Source: Bacteroidota bacterium
Lineage (GTDB): Bacteria; Bacteroidota; Rhodothermia; Rhodothermales; Rubricoccaceae
Direction of reading: 5' to 3'
Assembly: GCA_039024395.1 (NCBI GenBank)
Contig: JBCCQJ010000001.1
Coordinates: 3,288 to 67,287 of the forward strand
Length of the DNA: 64,000 nt
Made by a program: the position numbers and the translations under genes. Numbering within the stretch: position 1 is the stretch's first letter; every line of letters begins with the position of its first letter. The notes beneath the pieces are model-generated. The model saw nothing but the letters and a program-made list of their open reading frames with translations, ran no database searches and was not told the DNA's origin. Below, piece after piece: positions 61,903 to 64,000 of this stretch.

Positions 61903-63608
61903 CCGCTCAGGGGCAGGTCGATGTTGGTCACCCAGGCGTCGCCAGAGGCCTGGGAGCGGACCGACCAGGGACCGTCCACACTCTCCTCCAGCCGGGCGCG
62001 CACGTAGCGGAGGCCGCTGCCCTCGCGTGAGGTCTCGCGCGCGGCTCCCGCCAGAGGCGCCCGCAGCGTGAGGCGCCGCCGCCCCTCGCGCCGCGTCTCG
62101 CGGAGCGTCAGTTGGACGCGGCCCGGCGGGTAGGCATTGTGCGTGACGGCGTTCTCGACGAGCGTGTGGAGCACCGCGGGCGGAATCGGGCCGTCGGGGT
62201 CCACGCCGCTGGCGTCGAGGTCGAAGCGCACGTCGCGGCGGTAGCCCATCACGTCGAGGTGCGTGCGGCAGAGCGCCAGCTCGCGGGCCATCGGGATGAG
62301 CGGCTCGCCGGAGACCTCGGAGAGCGCTCGCAGCTCGGCTGCCAGGGCTTCCAGCGCGCGGACACCCACCGCGGGGTCGGTCTCGATCCACTCGGCCACC
62401 GACGTGAGCGAGTTCATCAGGAAGTGCGGCTGGAGGTGCTTCTTGAGCAGCTCGGCCTCCAGGCGGACCGCCTCGGCACGAGCGGTCTCGAAGCGGCGCC
62501 GCGCGTCGCGCGTCTGCAGCCCGAGCGACACCAAGAGCCCCGCCAGCAGGACGCCGAAGGCTGGAAAGAACGTCGTGTCCATGAACTCGTCGCCGGTCGC
62601 CAGCAGGACGGCCGCGCACACGCCGACGCCGAAGAGAGCCGCCCCAGATCCCGGGAGCCGCTTGAGGACCGCCCGGAGCGTGAGCCCGAGTGACACCAGC
62701 AGCGAAACCGCGAACAGTCGATACGCCTCGGGGTCATGCTCGGCCGGGAGCGCGAGAAGAACCGCGAGAGCCGCCGCGAGCCCCCCCAGTACCCAGGGCC
62801 CTCGCGGCTGGCGGAACTGGACCACAAACGTCGCCGCGAGCAGCATTCCTACCGCGACCGTCAGCCCGCTCACGATCCGCAGGCGGACGAGGTGGAGGTC
62901 GTAGTCGTACCCGACGAGCCACCGCCAGCTCTCGGCGACGAGCAGCGCGGCGACGGCCAGGCAGAGGAGCGACGTCAGGAGATATTCGCGGCGGCGGCGG
63001 TCGGCGACGAACAGCGCGCCGTAGTAGAGCCCGACCAGCAGGAAGCCGCCCAGAAACACGAAGGGCAGCCAGAACTCGCGGGCAGGGTCCAGCAGCAACT
63101 CGCGCAGGCTGCCCACCCGGACGGTCATCAGGTACACACCGTGCAGGTCCGCTGGCCGCCGGAACGTCGACATGCGGATCGCGAGGACATGGACCCCTGG
63201 CGTCGCGAGCGAGTCCGGCACCGTCAGGATGAGATCGACAGGACCCGGCTGCTCGCTCGCTACATCGGTTCCGACCTGCCCCGCTGCACCGATCAGGACG
63301 CCGTCCCAGTACACCTCGCGAGCGGCGACGGCCGACGCGATCAGGCCTGTGGCCCCGGACGGGTCGAGGTCTACGCTGAACCGGAACCACGCCACGCCCG
63401 GCTCCTGGAACTCGCTGAAGCCGGTCTCGATGGCGCCTGACATCTGATCCCAGTCGCGGTCGTCCCAGTCAGGGTCGGCCCAGCGGAGGTCGTCGCCGGA
63501 GCGGATGCGGGCGTCGTCGTAGTCGACACCCGTGACGTGGGCGCGAACCTCCGCTAGTCCGGTGAGGACCGAGAGGGATAGCAGGACCAGGGCGGCGGCG
63601 AGTTGCAC
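61890..63608 (-). CDS. sensor histidine kinase (LytS/YehU type, 7TMR-DISM-like sensor)
   Basis: LLKKHLQPHFLMNSLTSVAEWI (His_kinase PF06580-type). Multiple TM segments after an N-terminal extracytoplasmic domain. GTG start. Confidence 0.85.
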   Translation of the reverse strand: MQLAAALVLLSLSVLTGLAEVRAHVTGVDYDDARIRSGDDLRWADPDWDDRDWDQMSGAIETGFSEFQEPGVAWFRFSVDLDPSGATGLIASAVAAREVYWDGVLIGAAGQVGTDVASEQPGPVDLILTVPDSLATPGVHVLAIRMSTFRRPADLHGVYLMTVRVGSLRELLLDPAREFWLPFVFLGGFLLVGLYYGALFVADRRRREYLLTSLLCLAVAALLVAESWRWLVGYDYDLHLVRLRIVSGLTVAVGMLLAATFVVQFRQPRGPWVLGGLAAALAVLLALPAEHDPEAYRLFAVSLLVSLGLTLRAVLKRLPGSGAALFGVGVCAAVLLATGDEFMDTTFFPAFGVLLAGLLVSLGLQTRDARRRFETARAEAVRLEAELLKKHLQPHFLMNSLTSVAEWIETDPAVGVRALEALAAELRALSEVSGEPLIPMARELALCRTHLDVMGYRRDVRFDLDASGVDPDGPIPPAVLHTLVENAVTHNAYPPGRVQLTLRETRREGRRRLTLRAPLAGAARETSREGSGLRYVRARLEESVDGPWSVRSQASGDAWVTNIDLPLSGCAC

Positions 63609-64000
63609 GGAGAGGCGGGAAACAGGCTCATCCTACGGCGCTGTCCTCGCGCGAAACAGACCCGGTGCGAGACGTTCGGCGAACGCATGAGCCGTTGGCA
63701 CATCACGCGAGGAGAACAGCCTCTTGCGTCCGTTGATTCGGCCGACGCTCCCCTGTGACCCTATGACTCGTCTTCCTTCTCACCGCCGGCGGATGCAGCG
63801 CGCCGGGTGTGCCTCCGCCAGAGGCCGCTTCCTCCTGGTTGATGGGCGCGCTGAGCAACTGCCAGCAGGGCCGGTGGTGTGCGCCCGGGCGCGCCGGGTG
63901 TGCGCGAGCGCCCGCTCAACACGCCAAAACTGGCAGCGTCAGCCGTCAGCCGGGTTGGCATAGCCGTTGGGATGGGTCGGGTGTTCCAACACTCCACGTT

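Noticed and set aside
63609-64000. ORFs 63724..63963(+) and 63761..63997(-) at the window edge
   Set aside because: Mutually overlapping, Arg/Pro-rich, no motifs and no convincing start context. The region is probably the promoter region of the kinase operon or the edge of an unseen gene.
1-64000. tRNA, rRNA, tmRNA or RNase P genes
   Set aside because: I found no cloverleaf-compatible segments (no GTTCGAATC/GGTTCGA-type T-arms in a suitable context) and no rRNA-like conserved blocks while reading both strands. This cannot be fully excluded without tRNAscan or Infernal.

Overview
This is a high-GC (~68-70%) bacterial window. It probably comes from a Rhodothermales/Bacteroidota-like organism, inferred from many T9SS-type C-terminal sorting domains, a CarboxypepD_reg-type TonB receptor, duplicated orphan FtsX permeases and start codons without Shine-Dalgarno sequences. 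All calls come from reading the sequence and the ORF track and from motif recall; no searches were run.

The left third (1-29.4 kb) is housekeeping and accessory. It carries an M23 peptidase, PRC-barrel and DinB proteins, three tandem ~800-aa duplicated FtsX/MacB-like permeases with no ATPase, two S41 peptidases, alpha/beta and beta-lactamase-like hydrolases, LysR and AraC regulators, an ECF-like sigma factor, and an IS630 relic.

The centre (29.4-59.4 kb) is a complete alginate/uronate utilisation locus. Its parts are:
- three PL6-like lyases, one interrupted by an in-frame TAA;
- a PL17-like lyase and a heparinase II/III-like lyase;
- KdgF, an SDR reductase, KdgK and Eda;
- a TRAP transporter (DctPQM) and a GntR/FadR regulator;
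- a SusD-less TonB-receptor operon that also encodes a CTD-tagged 786-aa protein, a PorV-like protein and a second outer-membrane barrel.

This ~30-kb block is bracketed by a 140-nt direct repeat of the 3' end of a small gene. A TraG/VirD4-like relic and an IS256 relic sit just inside the two repeats, which suggests a decayed integrative element.

Non-coding features that recur or stand out:
- a 25-bp motif upstream of three operons of the locus;
- a 108-bp repeat family that abuts TAG stop codons;
- a nest of TA/CTAG-bounded MITE-like elements;
- homopurine tracts flanking kdgK;
- CCGCCTCGGGG-type hairpins;
- a near-consensus sigma70 promoter with twin palindromic operators;
- G-poor CCTCC-like leaders in front of most start codons.

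The right end carries a serine hydrolase and a LytS/LytTR two-component pair. I recognised no rRNA, tRNA or CRISPR array.
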